Of a stretch of DNA of 64,000 nt, positions 38,659 through 47,608 are shown piece by piece. Under the pieces are notes generated by a model that had not been told where the DNA came from, made no database searches, and was given only the letters and a program-made list of their open reading frames with translations. The DNA is taken from IMG/VR virus record IMGVR_UViG_2974600762_000001, positions 39,688-103,687 of that record; one strand, given 5' to 3'. Made by a program: the position numbers and the translations under genes. The stretch is from a virus. The number at the start of each line of letters is the position of its first letter. The first letter of the stretch is position 1.

Positions 38659-38913
38659 ATGAAATTAGATAGCAACGTATTAAGCATATTAATTGATAGA
38701 AAGGTCATTCGCTTTATTGCTCAACCTGATAAGGACGGTTTCAGTAAAGCGGTGGTCGTTAGCCCGTTTAGTCATTTATACTCAGTAGAAAGAGTAAGCA
38801 GTTTTGAACCTTGTAGCAGTATTACTAATAATAACGTTATTTTAGACGGGGTTACTAAGGAGTATAAAACCCTTATGGCTTATCTTAAAGCTAATCAATA
38901 TGAGGCTTTTTAG
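38659..38913 (+). CDS. early hypothetical protein
   Basis: Promoter TTGCAT..TATAAT, SD GAGG. Confidence 0.7.
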   Translation: MKLDSNVLSILIDRKVIRFIAQPDKDGFSKAVVVSPFSHLYSVERVSSFEPCSSITNNNVILDGVTKEYKTLMAYLKANQYEAF

Positions 38914-39104
38914 CCTAATTACAGCTATACCAATTCTAAAATAGGTCAATACTCACCATAGGCTACATCGACTATAAACGCCGGTATAATAGCATTCTTT
39001 AAAATAAAGGTAAAACTATACCAATTTATTTTAAATAGTGGTTGACAAGCTAGGGTGTAGGGTATATAATTAAGACATTAAATACGAAAAGGAAGTAATA
39101 CATT

Positions 39105-39428
39105 ATGATTTTAACAAGTGAATTAGATACAGTAAGTAGCATTAACGAAGCATGGTTACGGGAATCACTAGAACGGGAAGCACGTTCTATCAATGAACAC
39201 ACTGATACCCATATGGAAGTTTATAATAACAAACCTAACCACTTTACAGTAGTAGTTGATGACATGTTTGAATACATGTTAGACACCACCGACTACACCG
39301 CCGAGCTAACGCAACACGTACCAACCTTTCAAGATGAGACTTTACTGGTGGCCGTTGTTGATGATAGTGATACCTTTGAAGATGAACTGGCAATCATGGT
39401 TATCAGCGCTGTTTACAAAACACTATAA
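39105..39428 (+). CDS. early acidic protein
   Basis: Own promoter and leader. Confidence 0.7.
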   Translation: MILTSELDTVSSINEAWLRESLEREARSINEHTDTHMEVYNNKPNHFTVVVDDMFEYMLDTTDYTAELTQHVPTFQDETLLVAVVDDSDTFEDELAIMVISAVYKTL

Positions 39429-39649
39429 AGCAATTAGGGTTATCCATTGGGGTAGCCCTTTTATATACATCCGTCTATACACCATTATAAGCTTGTTACA
39501 GGCGTTTTATATTAGGGGCAGTATAATTACACTAGGTATAGTATAAAACGCCTTACAGGGCTTGTATGGACGTTACAGGGGTATTGACACCACCATTATA
39601 CTATGTTATGCTATATTAGAGTTGAAAGCAGTTGAAAGGCGGTACAATA

Positions 39650-39910
39650 ATGACTAATCATAACAAGCAACAACAAGCATATGCAACACCAGTTAAGGAC
39701 AAGTTACGGCTATTAACGGGTAAAGTTATCACGCTTAATACTGATGACACTAACTACCCAGTTGAATTTGTTGAACCATTGCTATTTTATATTGCTTATG
39801 GCTTACCTGATAAACTAGACACTAACACATTGACTAGCTATTTCAATCAACACTATACCAAGGGTACACCACTCAATAAAGTAGGATTGCACTTGGTTAA
39901 CCCCCACTAA
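39650..39910 (+). CDS. early hypothetical protein
   Basis: TTGACA promoter at about 39584, SD AGGCGG. Confidence 0.55.
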   Translation: MTNHNKQQQAYATPVKDKLRLLTGKVITLNTDDTNYPVEFVEPLLFYIAYGLPDKLDTNTLTSYFNQHYTKGTPLNKVGLHLVNPH

Positions 39911-40187
39911 GCTATTTAAAAAAGATTACTAACTAACTGGATTCTATCCGGATTTATTAGTAATCTTTTTGAATTATTGACCCGGCGAAACATATAAGAT
40001 TAACGCTGCGTACTATCACGGTGGTACACGGGTAGCCGTATCCTATCACGGGAACACGGGGTGCAATCGCAAGCCACCAACGAACTACTGAATAGGTAGG
40101 ATACACCGCCGCCACGTTTCAATGCTGACTATACCACAAATATAAAATAGGCGCAACCGGCAAAATTATTTAAAGTGTTGTCATTGG

Positions 40188-40318
40188 TTCAATGGTAGAC
40201 TGATTCAGTATCGAACTAGTTTAGGCTGTGTATTATATTGCCGTACTGGTTCACTGATGTATTAATTCAATGGTAGACTGATTCAGTGGTGAACTAGTTT
40301 AGCTAGTGTACCATATTG
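40188..40318 (+). repeat. two imperfect 53-nt direct repeats, period 78 nt
   Basis: TTCAATGGTAGACTGATTCAGT(ATC/GGT)GAACTAGTTTAG at 40188 and 40266. Confidence 0.85.
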
Positions 40319-40590
40319 AATCCCGCTAAATTTATTCAAAATACTTTAATAAACTGATTGACACGGCTTATTTTTTATGCTTTTCATTTTAGGCTCGATT
40401 GTGGGTAAATACACCGGGTATCCTTAAAACGGCTTAGAGGGGCTTATATGGCCATATACGGGGTATTGACAATTTGAACCAGTTGTGCATCCGTTTATAC
40501 AAAATATTTTGAGTTTATCCCCTTATATAGTAGTATTTAGTTTCCTTATATGGTATATTTAAAGAGTAGAAAAACAAGGGGGTTACTTAC

Positions 40591-40905
40591 ATGACAAAAG
40601 ATGAAATGGAAAGCTTATTTATTGATGACGGTATCGAACTAACTGACAACCTCGGTCAAGCTATTTATCTATTCAATAACGGTATAATGATATCCGGCGA
40701 ATACTGTGACGGGTTTCGTGGTACTGACCACCGTACGTTATTAGATGAGTTAGATAACTCGGCAACGTATGAGGAACTACACCAAAATTATAGGGTGGCT
40801 CGGCTAGTTCCTGAAAGTATGACGGCGCTGGTTAATGGCTTACAACTTGACGCCGATAAAATAGACATGTTAAAAGAGTACGGGTATACCATTGAAAATT
40901 ATTAA
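40591..40905 (+). CDS. early hypothetical protein
   Basis: SD AAGGGGG. Confidence 0.7.
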   Translation: MTKDEMESLFIDDGIELTDNLGQAIYLFNNGIMISGEYCDGFRGTDHRTLLDELDNSATYEELHQNYRVARLVPESMTALVNGLQLDADKIDMLKEYGYTIENY

Positions 40906-40986
40906 ATTAATTTCAATTAGGTGCTTGACAAGGATATTCTAATTCGTTATACTTAAGTCATTCAATAAGGAAAGGGCGTTATATAC

Positions 40987-41286
40987 ATGACAAAATACAC
41001 GAAAACAGAAGGCACACAAGAAATTTGGGACGCTTTAGATGATTTCTATGACTATGATTCGCTTGCAATTCGACCCGAGGTTTACAACGAGGACGGCGAA
41101 ACATTTATATACTTGAACTTGGTAATTCTAACAAGTGAGAATATTTATTCCTTTATAGAGGGTTTAAGTGTAAGTGTAGAATTAGGCCGGTACGACAACG
41201 ACGACGACGAAACCGAGGCACGGGCTTATAAGAAAGCAATGAAAGCCGCCAGAGAGTTCGATATTCATGTAACCGAGCCGGCTTAA
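40987..41286 (+). CDS. early acidic protein
   Basis: Own promoter, D/E-rich. Confidence 0.7.
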   Translation: MTKYTKTEGTQEIWDALDDFYDYDSLAIRPEVYNEDGETFIYLNLVILTSENIYSFIEGLSVSVELGRYDNDDDETEARAYKKAMKAAREFDIHVTEPA

Positions 41287-41354
41287 AATTAGTGCTTGAC
41301 ATGTTTCACCGTGTTCGTTATAATTAAGTCATTCAATTGAGAGGGGTTTTATAC

Positions 41355-41696
41355 ATGATTAAATTAAGCAATAGCATTAAAGTTTTAGTACCAGAAACGA
41401 ACAATGACGGGGTAAAGGTTGACCTATCTTCTGAGATTTCAGCAGCGGTCAAGGTTATCGGGGGTGCCACCACCTATGCGGCTCGGGGTAATTGGGTCGA
41501 AAAGGATAAGCTATACACTGATAACATTAACGTGGTACACTTCAATTGTGATGAGTTCGATAAGGATACCACTCGGGTCATTAGTGACCTAATTCGTGCA
41601 ATTTTCATCAAGGCCGAACAACTAGCCGTGAGCGTGGAAATTAACGGGACGCTTTACATTTTAGATTCATTTGACGATATTGAAGAATTATTCTAA
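41355..41696 (+). CDS. early protein with GGAT...G.W motif (possible ferredoxin-like/DUF3574-type fold)
   Basis: IGGATTYAARGNW; SD GAGGGG. Confidence 0.6.
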   Translation: MIKLSNSIKVLVPETNNDGVKVDLSSEISAAVKVIGGATTYAARGNWVEKDKLYTDNINVVHFNCDEFDKDTTRVISDLIRAIFIKAEQLAVSVEINGTLYILDSFDDIEELF

Positions 41697-41791
41697 TTAG
41701 TTATTGACGGATACTAACTCAATATAGTAGTATTAAAGAGTACCAAGTTGGTAACAGAACAGCATTCAATTAAAAAAGGGGTATATACATT

Positions 41792-42127
41792 ATGAACAAG
41801 ACAGTTTTAACTTTAATCGAACGGGCAAGTCGTAAAGGCGTGGCAAAAGCATATTCATACCGGGGATTTTACGGTGAACGTCAGCACGTTGAAAAGTACC
41901 GAGTAACTACCGAGGGCGGCAAGTGGTATCTATATCATTATGAGACATTGACGGCAACCGTGACGAACGGCGTTGGTAAAGTGGTATACGGTGAAAGCCG
42001 TTCAGACGTTGATTCAATTGAAACATTTTTGATTGAACTAACGGGACACACACCGGAATTACATTTTTACCCGTCACGGGGCGTCTTTCAAGTGGTAGAC
42101 GGTGACAAGGTAATGCAAGAATTTTAG
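41792..42127 (+). CDS. early hypothetical protein
   Basis: SD AAGGGG. Confidence 0.7.
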   Translation: MNKTVLTLIERASRKGVAKAYSYRGFYGERQHVEKYRVTTEGGKWYLYHYETLTATVTNGVGKVVYGESRSDVDSIETFLIELTGHTPELHFYPSRGVFQVVDGDKVMQEF

Positions 42128-42142
42128 AAAAGGGGTTACATT

Positions 42143-42373
42143 ATGAAAGTGAATAAAATACGATTCAATGAGGATTTTTCAAGTGAGGCCAGCAACGGCA
42201 AGGCCGTGTTCTCGGCTAGTGTTAACGGCCACATGGTCGGGACGTTTCAATTTTTAGCGGGTATGATTGTCTTTACCTCATTAGATGATAGCGTCCGAGG
42301 TAACGCCGTAACGGTTGAGTATGATGACACTAGACAATTAGTTGATGACCTTAAAGCAATGAAAATAGACTAG
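42143..42373 (+). CDS. early hypothetical protein, last + strand gene
   Basis: SD AAGGGG; terminator follows. Confidence 0.7.
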   Translation: MKVNKIRFNEDFSSEASNGKAVFSASVNGHMVGTFQFLAGMIVFTSLDDSVRGNAVTVEYDDTRQLVDDLKAMKID

Positions 42374-42394
42374 TAAACAGTATTATAATTATTA

Positions 42395-42424
42395 ACGGCT
42401 ATCCATTAGGACGGCCGTTTTTTG
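42395..42424 (+). terminator. intrinsic terminator closing the early region
   Basis: AACGGC...GCCGTT plus T-run. Confidence 0.7.
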
Positions 42425-43011
42425 TTGTCTATAATCATGCGGCCTATATAACGCACTGTAAGCCGTTCTCAGACGTTTTAAGCTAGTCCGGTATAATTAC
42501 ACTATTCTATCAATTAACACTATTACAGGCGATATATGAAGCTTACAGCTATACTCACGATATTGTTAACACGATACAACGGCCTACAATAAAATTGTAT
42601 TATCAATCATGTATAAATTAACACGATATAGGCAACCCGCTATAATGTTACATTTATATTATTTTTATAAAATTCCCTTGACATTGCCGGCGTATAGTGT
42701 TATGTATCACACCCCCTCCCCCCTGTCAAGTACCATAAATAGGGGTACCTTGTCTACCTGCCTCGCTCAACCTTAGGCACAAATATTTTAGCCCAAAAAT
42801 TTAGCATATTATACGATATACTGAACACTATAATGAACTCTCATATGTATCGCCATATACCCTCCCCCTATTAAATAAATGAACGAATATTTCCAAATTC
42901 CATTATATAAATAATTCCCAAAAACGCCCCCATAAAATTTTTGGCCTAATCAAGGCTATCGTAAACAAAAGGACTCCCATAATAGGAATCCAATATAATG
43001 ACACACCATAT

Positions 43012-43383
43012 TTAATTAATTTTATGAGTTTTAACAATATCAAAATCATAACACCAAAGGTCATGCACGAGGTTTTCCTCGGTAATGCCTTTAGCCTTTT
43101 CAATATAAGTTTCTTCATCTAGGACTGCATAGGTTCCATCAGCTTCTTTAATCAACCGATAAGATTTGCCATAGCGTGTTAGTAATGTACCTGCTGCTGG
43201 AACACTAGCAATTTCCCAATCTGCAACAAAGTCTCTCTTACTTAGAATGACTTGATTACCATTGCTATCTACAGTATCACCATCAGCATCTAGCACAATA
43301 TAGCCATAGCAAACACCTGTTGTGTTCACCCGCTTTACCTTTTTACCGTCTAGCATAGCTTGTACTGCCTCATTGAACGTCAT
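43012..43383 (-). CDS. DUF2829/Tad2-like N-domain + small beta C-domain, paralogue 4
   Basis: MTFNEAVQAMLDGKKVKR ... DFVADWEI. Confidence 0.7.
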   Translation of the reverse strand: MTFNEAVQAMLDGKKVKRVNTTGVCYGYIVLDADGDTVDSNGNQVILSKRDFVADWEIASVPAAGTLLTRYGKSYRLIKEADGTYAVLDEETYIEKAKGITEENLVHDLWCYDFDIVKTHKIN

Positions 43384-43398
43384 AAATATTTCTCCTTT

Positions 43399-43773
43399 CT
43401 AATCTAGCTTTTTAAACCCTTTGTCCCTAATTATATCTATTAGGTCGTCACTAGTGAGTTCTCCATAAACAGCATACCAGTCATCAACGTTAATCAGGCT
43501 CCACCTTGAGGGGGAGGCTGAAACTCTTGAAGGGGTTACTGATACTACTCGGTAAATTTGACCATCTTTTACAAACCTGCTACCGGACTTTAAAGAATGA
43601 TATTCTTCCCACTCACCTGTAATATCGTCTGTATTGGGGGTGAAACATTTAGAATCATTCCACACAATATAACCTGACGTAGCTAGCGTAATATAGTCTT
43701 TTTTAATAGCCCACTTAACCCTACGAACCTTTTTACCTTTAAGTAACTCTTGCAGTGCTTCACTAAAGTTCAT
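43399..43773 (-). CDS. DUF2829/Tad2-like N-domain + small beta C-domain, paralogue 3
   Basis: MNFSEALQELLKGKKVRRVKW ... TPNTDDITGEWEE. Confidence 0.75.
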   Translation of the reverse strand: MNFSEALQELLKGKKVRRVKWAIKKDYITLATSGYIVWNDSKCFTPNTDDITGEWEEYHSLKSGSRFVKDGQIYRVVSVTPSRVSASPSRWSLINVDDWYAVYGELTSDDLIDIIRDKGFKKLD

Positions 43774-43784
43774 AACTAATTCTC

Positions 43785-44150
43785 CTATTCAGATACAATT
43801 TCTAGATGATACTTATGTGCTAGGGTCTCTAGTTTATCCTCAGTTTCAACAACTCCTAGCGACACCCATGAATTAAGACTTATAACATCACTGTCACCAT
43901 GACTATTCAATACCACTCTAAAGCTATCGCCGTCCTCGTTCTTTAGCAAGGTCCCTTCTTTAATACCGTAGTATTCCCAGCTACAAGTCATAGAGTATTT
44001 ATTGAGTACATAGTGCTGAAAGCTCCCATCAGTCATTCTAATCAATACATCACCATTTTCTTTGTTAAAAAGGTAAACGCCCTTAGGCCAAGTAGTATTG
44101 CGAACTCTTTTACCCGCTAGTAACTCTTTCATTGCTTCATTGAACGTCAT
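43785..44150 (-). CDS. DUF2829/Tad2-like N-domain + small beta C-domain, paralogue 2
   Basis: MTFNEAMKELLAGKRVRNTTWPKGVYL ... SWEY. Confidence 0.7.
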   Translation of the reverse strand: MTFNEAMKELLAGKRVRNTTWPKGVYLFNKENGDVLIRMTDGSFQHYVLNKYSMTCSWEYYGIKEGTLLKNEDGDSFRVVLNSHGDSDVISLNSWVSLGVVETEDKLETLAHKYHLEIVSE

Positions 44151-44227
44151 TTTAACTTATCTCCTTTTAAGGCAGTCTTTTTACTTAGCATACTTGCTTA
44201 ATGGCCATAATATATTTTAAACATTGA

Positions 44228-44587
44228 CTACAGTTTTGCTAGGTCATAGTCTGAAATTACTTCACCTAAGTCTTTTTCATCAATACTATCTACTAAAACT
44301 ATCCACGTCTTAGTATTAACAAGACCGTATTTACCATCATGCTTAATAATGCGATATACCTTGTCTTCATAAGCTAGTAGGTCACCAACCTTATAGCTAT
44401 CCTCGAATACTTTCCAATTGTAATGATAATCAGACTCATACATTTCATAGGTATTACCGTCTTCCGTAACAATTCCTACACCAGCATCTGCACTATCTGC
44501 TAGCCGGATATAAGAGTCTTTATCCCAGCCGGGCACACACAGACGCTTTCCTTTTAGCAGTAGTCGCATCGCTTTTTCAAATGTCAT
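44228..44587 (-). CDS. DUF2829/Tad2-like N-domain + small beta C-domain, paralogue 1
   Basis: MTFEKAMRLLLKGKRLCVPGW ... DYHYNWKV. Confidence 0.7.
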   Translation of the reverse strand: MTFEKAMRLLLKGKRLCVPGWDKDSYIRLADSADAGVGIVTEDGNTYEMYESDYHYNWKVFEDSYKVGDLLAYEDKVYRIIKHDGKYGLVNTKTWIVLVDSIDEKDLGEVISDYDLAKL

Positions 44588-44640
44588 AATACTCTCTCCT
44601 TTGACTTATTATTTTTTTTTTTAATCATATATTTTTACTC

Positions 44641-45225
44641 CTACCAAAGCCCTAAGTATTCTGCATATGGATAAGGATTATTATACTTATCCTTTGAAAC
44701 ATCAACGGATTCTCCGAACTTCTCACAGCTTCTCATAATACTATCTTTTAAAAATTTCTCAAAATCACTATCATGTAAAGTAAAGTCTCTAGCTGGAAAT
44801 TCTCGGGGAATATCATACTTATTTAGCTTCTTCAAGTAATTAATAACTTGTCTAAAGTTTTCACATTTATCTACATCATCTTTAAGCTTGTTTAAATATG
44901 CTACTTGGGATTCGTGAGCCTGAAACGCTATATGCTTTAATTCTGGGATAGTCCATACATTCATAATTAAACCGTATTCATCTCTAATGTATAAGTAGGT
45001 GACCTTGCTATTATGCCTATTCATAAAATCTAAATATTTATCATTCTTGTCACCTTGAAACCAGTCTTTAGCTAGTTCTTCGTTATATCCCTGGTCAAAG
45101 TTATATATAACCCCTTGCACAGCATTCGACCAAAGACACTCTTCCCCAAATTTAGAGCGCCCTAGTACCTTTTCACCCCAATAATTTAAGCCATTAATAA
45201 GTGCTTCTTCATCTAGTTGCTTCAT
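44641..45225 (-). CDS. hypothetical protein
   Basis: SD GGAGG before ATG 45225. Confidence 0.7.
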   Translation of the reverse strand: MKQLDEEALINGLNYWGEKVLGRSKFGEECLWSNAVQGVIYNFDQGYNEELAKDWFQGDKNDKYLDFMNRHNSKVTYLYIRDEYGLIMNVWTIPELKHIAFQAHESQVAYLNKLKDDVDKCENFRQVINYLKKLNKYDIPREFPARDFTLHDSDFEKFLKDSIMRSCEKFGESVDVSKDKYNNPYPYAEYLGLW

Positions 45226-45247
45226 TTTTAGTCCTCCTAGATTAGTT

Positions 45248-45484
45248 TTATTCTTTACAAGTCCGACCATGAAACCACATGAGCGTATCTAGCTCCTCGT
45301 GGGGGCTGTCTAGCTTGGTTTCAACTATACGGATTCCAAAATATTTAGCATCTTCAAAGCAAGCAATATAACGGCTTGCCTTTTCCTTCGTAGAAAACAC
45401 ACCTAGAATGCCACACATTAGATTTGTATGCTCTTCGTTGTAACTTTCATACTCACATTTTTGATAAACAATATACACTGTCAT
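45248..45484 (-). CDS. small phage protein
   Basis: VYIVY...ILGVFSTKEKA pattern. Confidence 0.65.
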   Translation of the reverse strand: MTVYIVYQKCEYESYNEEHTNLMCGILGVFSTKEKASRYIACFEDAKYFGIRIVETKLDSPHEELDTLMWFHGRTCKE

Positions 45485-45502
45485 AATAATCCTCTTAACT
45501 TT

Positions 45503-45712
45503 CTAGTCAAACGGTCTAGCGCAAGCATCTATAAATCCGGGCAAGGTATAAATCGTAGAATTTACACCTGCTAGTCTTGCTAATCCCGCCATAATACTAA
45601 AAACTATCCATGGAATAACAGCTACTAGCCAAACTAATGAAATTCCAACTATCAAGGGTAACGACCATATTAGTAAAACCAGCCCAACAAAGAGCCTTTT
45701 TATTAACCTCAT
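45503..45712 (-). CDS. small membrane protein
   Basis: Hydrophobic; SD AGGAG. Confidence 0.6.
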   Translation of the reverse strand: MRLIKRLFVGLVLLIWSLPLIVGISLVWLVAVIPWIVFSIMAGLARLAGVNSTIYTLPGFIDACARPFD

Positions 45713-45752
45713 ATCCTGTTCTCCTAACTCTTTAACTCCATATTAAACCCTC

Positions 45753-46199
45753 CTAGTCAACATCCTCTAAAACTACTTTGCCCCAGTCAATCGCGACATC
45801 ATCACGACTTTTTAGTTGTTCAATTTGTTCGGGCGAAAAATCATCTATAACAGAAGTTAAATCCTCATCTACTAAGCGCCCTAAATATGCCCGTTGACCC
45901 CAACTAAAAACATCAACATGCAGGTAACTGTTTTCATCCGTTGAAACTACCTTTACTCGCTTTCTAATAACACCCTTACGCTCTGAAATAGGTGTTTTAG
46001 CATAGGATACAATAGTATCAAACAAGTCGTCACTTACACCAGACATATAGTGTAAGTCAACCATATTCTGATATTCTTCACTAATTACTGCCACTGTAGC
46101 ACCGCCGATTTCAAAAGATATCCTAGTTTCACGTTCTCCTACTTTTACAATATGGCCATGCATATTAGATACTCTTTTAATAAATTCTTCTGTCTTCAT
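45753..46199 (-). CDS. phage hypothetical protein
   Basis: MKTEEFIKRV ... AKTPISER; SD AGGAGG. Confidence 0.7.
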   Translation of the reverse strand: MKTEEFIKRVSNMHGHIVKVGERETRISFEIGGATVAVISEEYQNMVDLHYMSGVSDDLFDTIVSYAKTPISERKGVIRKRVKVVSTDENSYLHVDVFSWGQRAYLGRLVDEDLTSVIDDFSPEQIEQLKSRDDVAIDWGKVVLEDVD

Positions 46200-46283
46200 A
46201 CTATCCTCCTATTGCTTTAGTTACTCCACTATATTTCATAATTTACTTCTCCTTTTTCCATATAAAATAGAAATTTTAATTCA

Positions 46284-46490
46284 TTACTTACCAGTAATGA
46301 ATACAGTACCTGATGGTAACTCATACTCTTCTGCAAATTCATCATCTGGTGAAATAGTAGTATCTGGGTCATAATTTGGAATCCATAGTGCACTGCCTGT
46401 TGAACGATTATAGATAGCAACTTCTGTTTCTCCATCATACTTTTGTAGTTCATGAATTAAATCTTTGATTTTCATTTTTATCTCCCTCAT
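46284..46490 (-). CDS. small acidic protein
   Basis: KIKDLIHELQKYDGETEV pattern. Confidence 0.6.
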   Translation of the reverse strand: MREIKMKIKDLIHELQKYDGETEVAIYNRSTGSALWIPNYDPDTTISPDDEFAEEYELPSGTVFITGK

Positions 46491-46517
46491 AAAGAATGGC
46501 TGATGTATGTGTCAAGT

Positions 46518-46802
46518 CTAAAATAGCTTTCTACCACACTTAGGGCAATAGTTAGCTGGAGTACTAGCGAACCCCTTGCTAGTAGACATTACTAAGTCAA
46601 AGTATTTAATACCACAACTTGTATCTGAGTCTATCCCGAGGTCCCAACCTGCTTCATCAATCATATTCTTGTAAGGATTATGACAAAACTCACATGTTTC
46701 TTGTTCTAGAACATTCAATTGCTTTATCAAAAGAGACTTATATGGATTATCATCATTGGCGGCTTCAATCTTAGCTTTTAAATCAGCAATACTACTTGTC
46801 AT
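46518..46802 (-). CDS. zinc-finger protein
   Basis: CEFCH and YCPKCGRKL. Confidence 0.7.
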   Translation of the reverse strand: MTSSIADLKAKIEAANDDNPYKSLLIKQLNVLEQETCEFCHNPYKNMIDEAGWDLGIDSDTSCGIKYFDLVMSTSKGFASTPANYCPKCGRKLF

Positions 46803-47166
46803 TTTCTTCACCAGTATTATCAATCTTAACATCATAGCCATGCTTCTTAACTAGTTCAATATCACTAGCATCATACAGCTCATAACCTTTAGCTAGCAAG
46901 CGTGAAACGTAGATATAGTTATAGAATACTGCCACAGCGATTTGAATAATCAATACTGTAATTGGACTAACAGCATAACCGGCTACACTTAATACACAGA
47001 ATACGCCAAATGCCCCTAGCCAATCTCCCCGAAATAATGGTGCAAATACACCAAAGAAGAATGTCGTCCATGACACACCTAGTGGGGATGATTTAATCTT
47101 ACCATTCTTCTTGTCAATAAATTTAACCTTGTGTCCTGTGTCTTCAAATAATGTTGTAAAGTTCAT
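46792..47166 (-). CDS. DUF2628-like membrane protein
   Basis: GVSWTTFFFGVFAPLFRGDW ... YNYIY..LL.KGY; own promoter at about 47195-47228. Confidence 0.7.
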   Translation of the reverse strand: MNFTTLFEDTGHKVKFIDKKNGKIKSSPLGVSWTTFFFGVFAPLFRGDWLGAFGVFCVLSVAGYAVSPITVLIIQIAVAVFYNYIYVSRLLAKGYELYDASDIELVKKHGYDVKIDNTGEENDK

Positions 47167-47273
47167 AATGTTTTGCCTCTTTCTTTATTTAATAACCTAA
47201 TTTTACATCTATTGTTGCTGCTTGTCAACCCTAAACTAGGGTTCAAATACAAATGGTACATAGTTGCCTTCTA

Positions 47274-47603
47274 TTATTTAACAGAAATCCATACTCCAGT
47301 ATTATCCATCTTAACATTATATCCTAATGCATGGAATATCCTAATAATCCATCCTACATTAGTTTTATGGTTCAACTTATCAATATTTACTAACGTCACA
47401 GGGTTACCCTGAAAAACAGAATTATCAATAACCTTCTTCATGATGTCGCTAAAATCGGACTTAGTTTCATCGCAAGGACTTTTTTCAATTAGGCTCTTGG
47501 CGTATTTGTTCAGATACTCACGAGCCTCAGCATTAGACATGATTGAACTAATTCCCTTATAAAGCACACTGTCGTCAAACTCGACTTCTTTATATTCTCG
47601 CAT
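47274..47603 (-). CDS. hypothetical protein
   Basis: SD GGAGGA upstream. Confidence 0.65.
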   Translation of the reverse strand: MREYKEVEFDDSVLYKGISSIMSNAEAREYLNKYAKSLIEKSPCDETKSDFSDIMKKVIDNSVFQGNPVTLVNIDKLNHKTNVGWIIRIFHALGYNVKMDNTGVWISVK

Positions 47604-47608
47604 ATATC

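Larger units (their letters stand above)
29393..41324 (+). promoter_or_regulatory. series of at least 16 consensus sigma-A early promoters
   Basis: TTGAC(A/T)-17nt-TA(T/C/A)(A/T/G)(A/C)T with -35 at 29393, 30205, 30843, 31196, 32412, 32612, 33103, 33559, 34154, 34509, 34898, 36449, 37092, 39042, 40925, 41296; shared leader like TAAGACATTAAATAAGAAAAGGAAGT. Confidence 0.9.
29080..42900 (+). other. early host-takeover region, probable collapsed long terminal repeat
   Basis: About 30 small co-oriented genes with individual consensus promoters, long non-coding spacers, strand switch at the right edge; boundaries approximate. Confidence 0.6.

Noticed and set aside
41302-41317. TGTTTCACCGTGTTCG, a parS-like half site in a promoter spacer
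   Set aside because: Only the left half matches; not palindromic.
42903-43118. 71-aa hydrophobic minus-strand ORF at the strand-switch zone
   Set aside because: It overlaps 43012..43383 by over 100 nt in another frame with no clear SD; cannot be supported.
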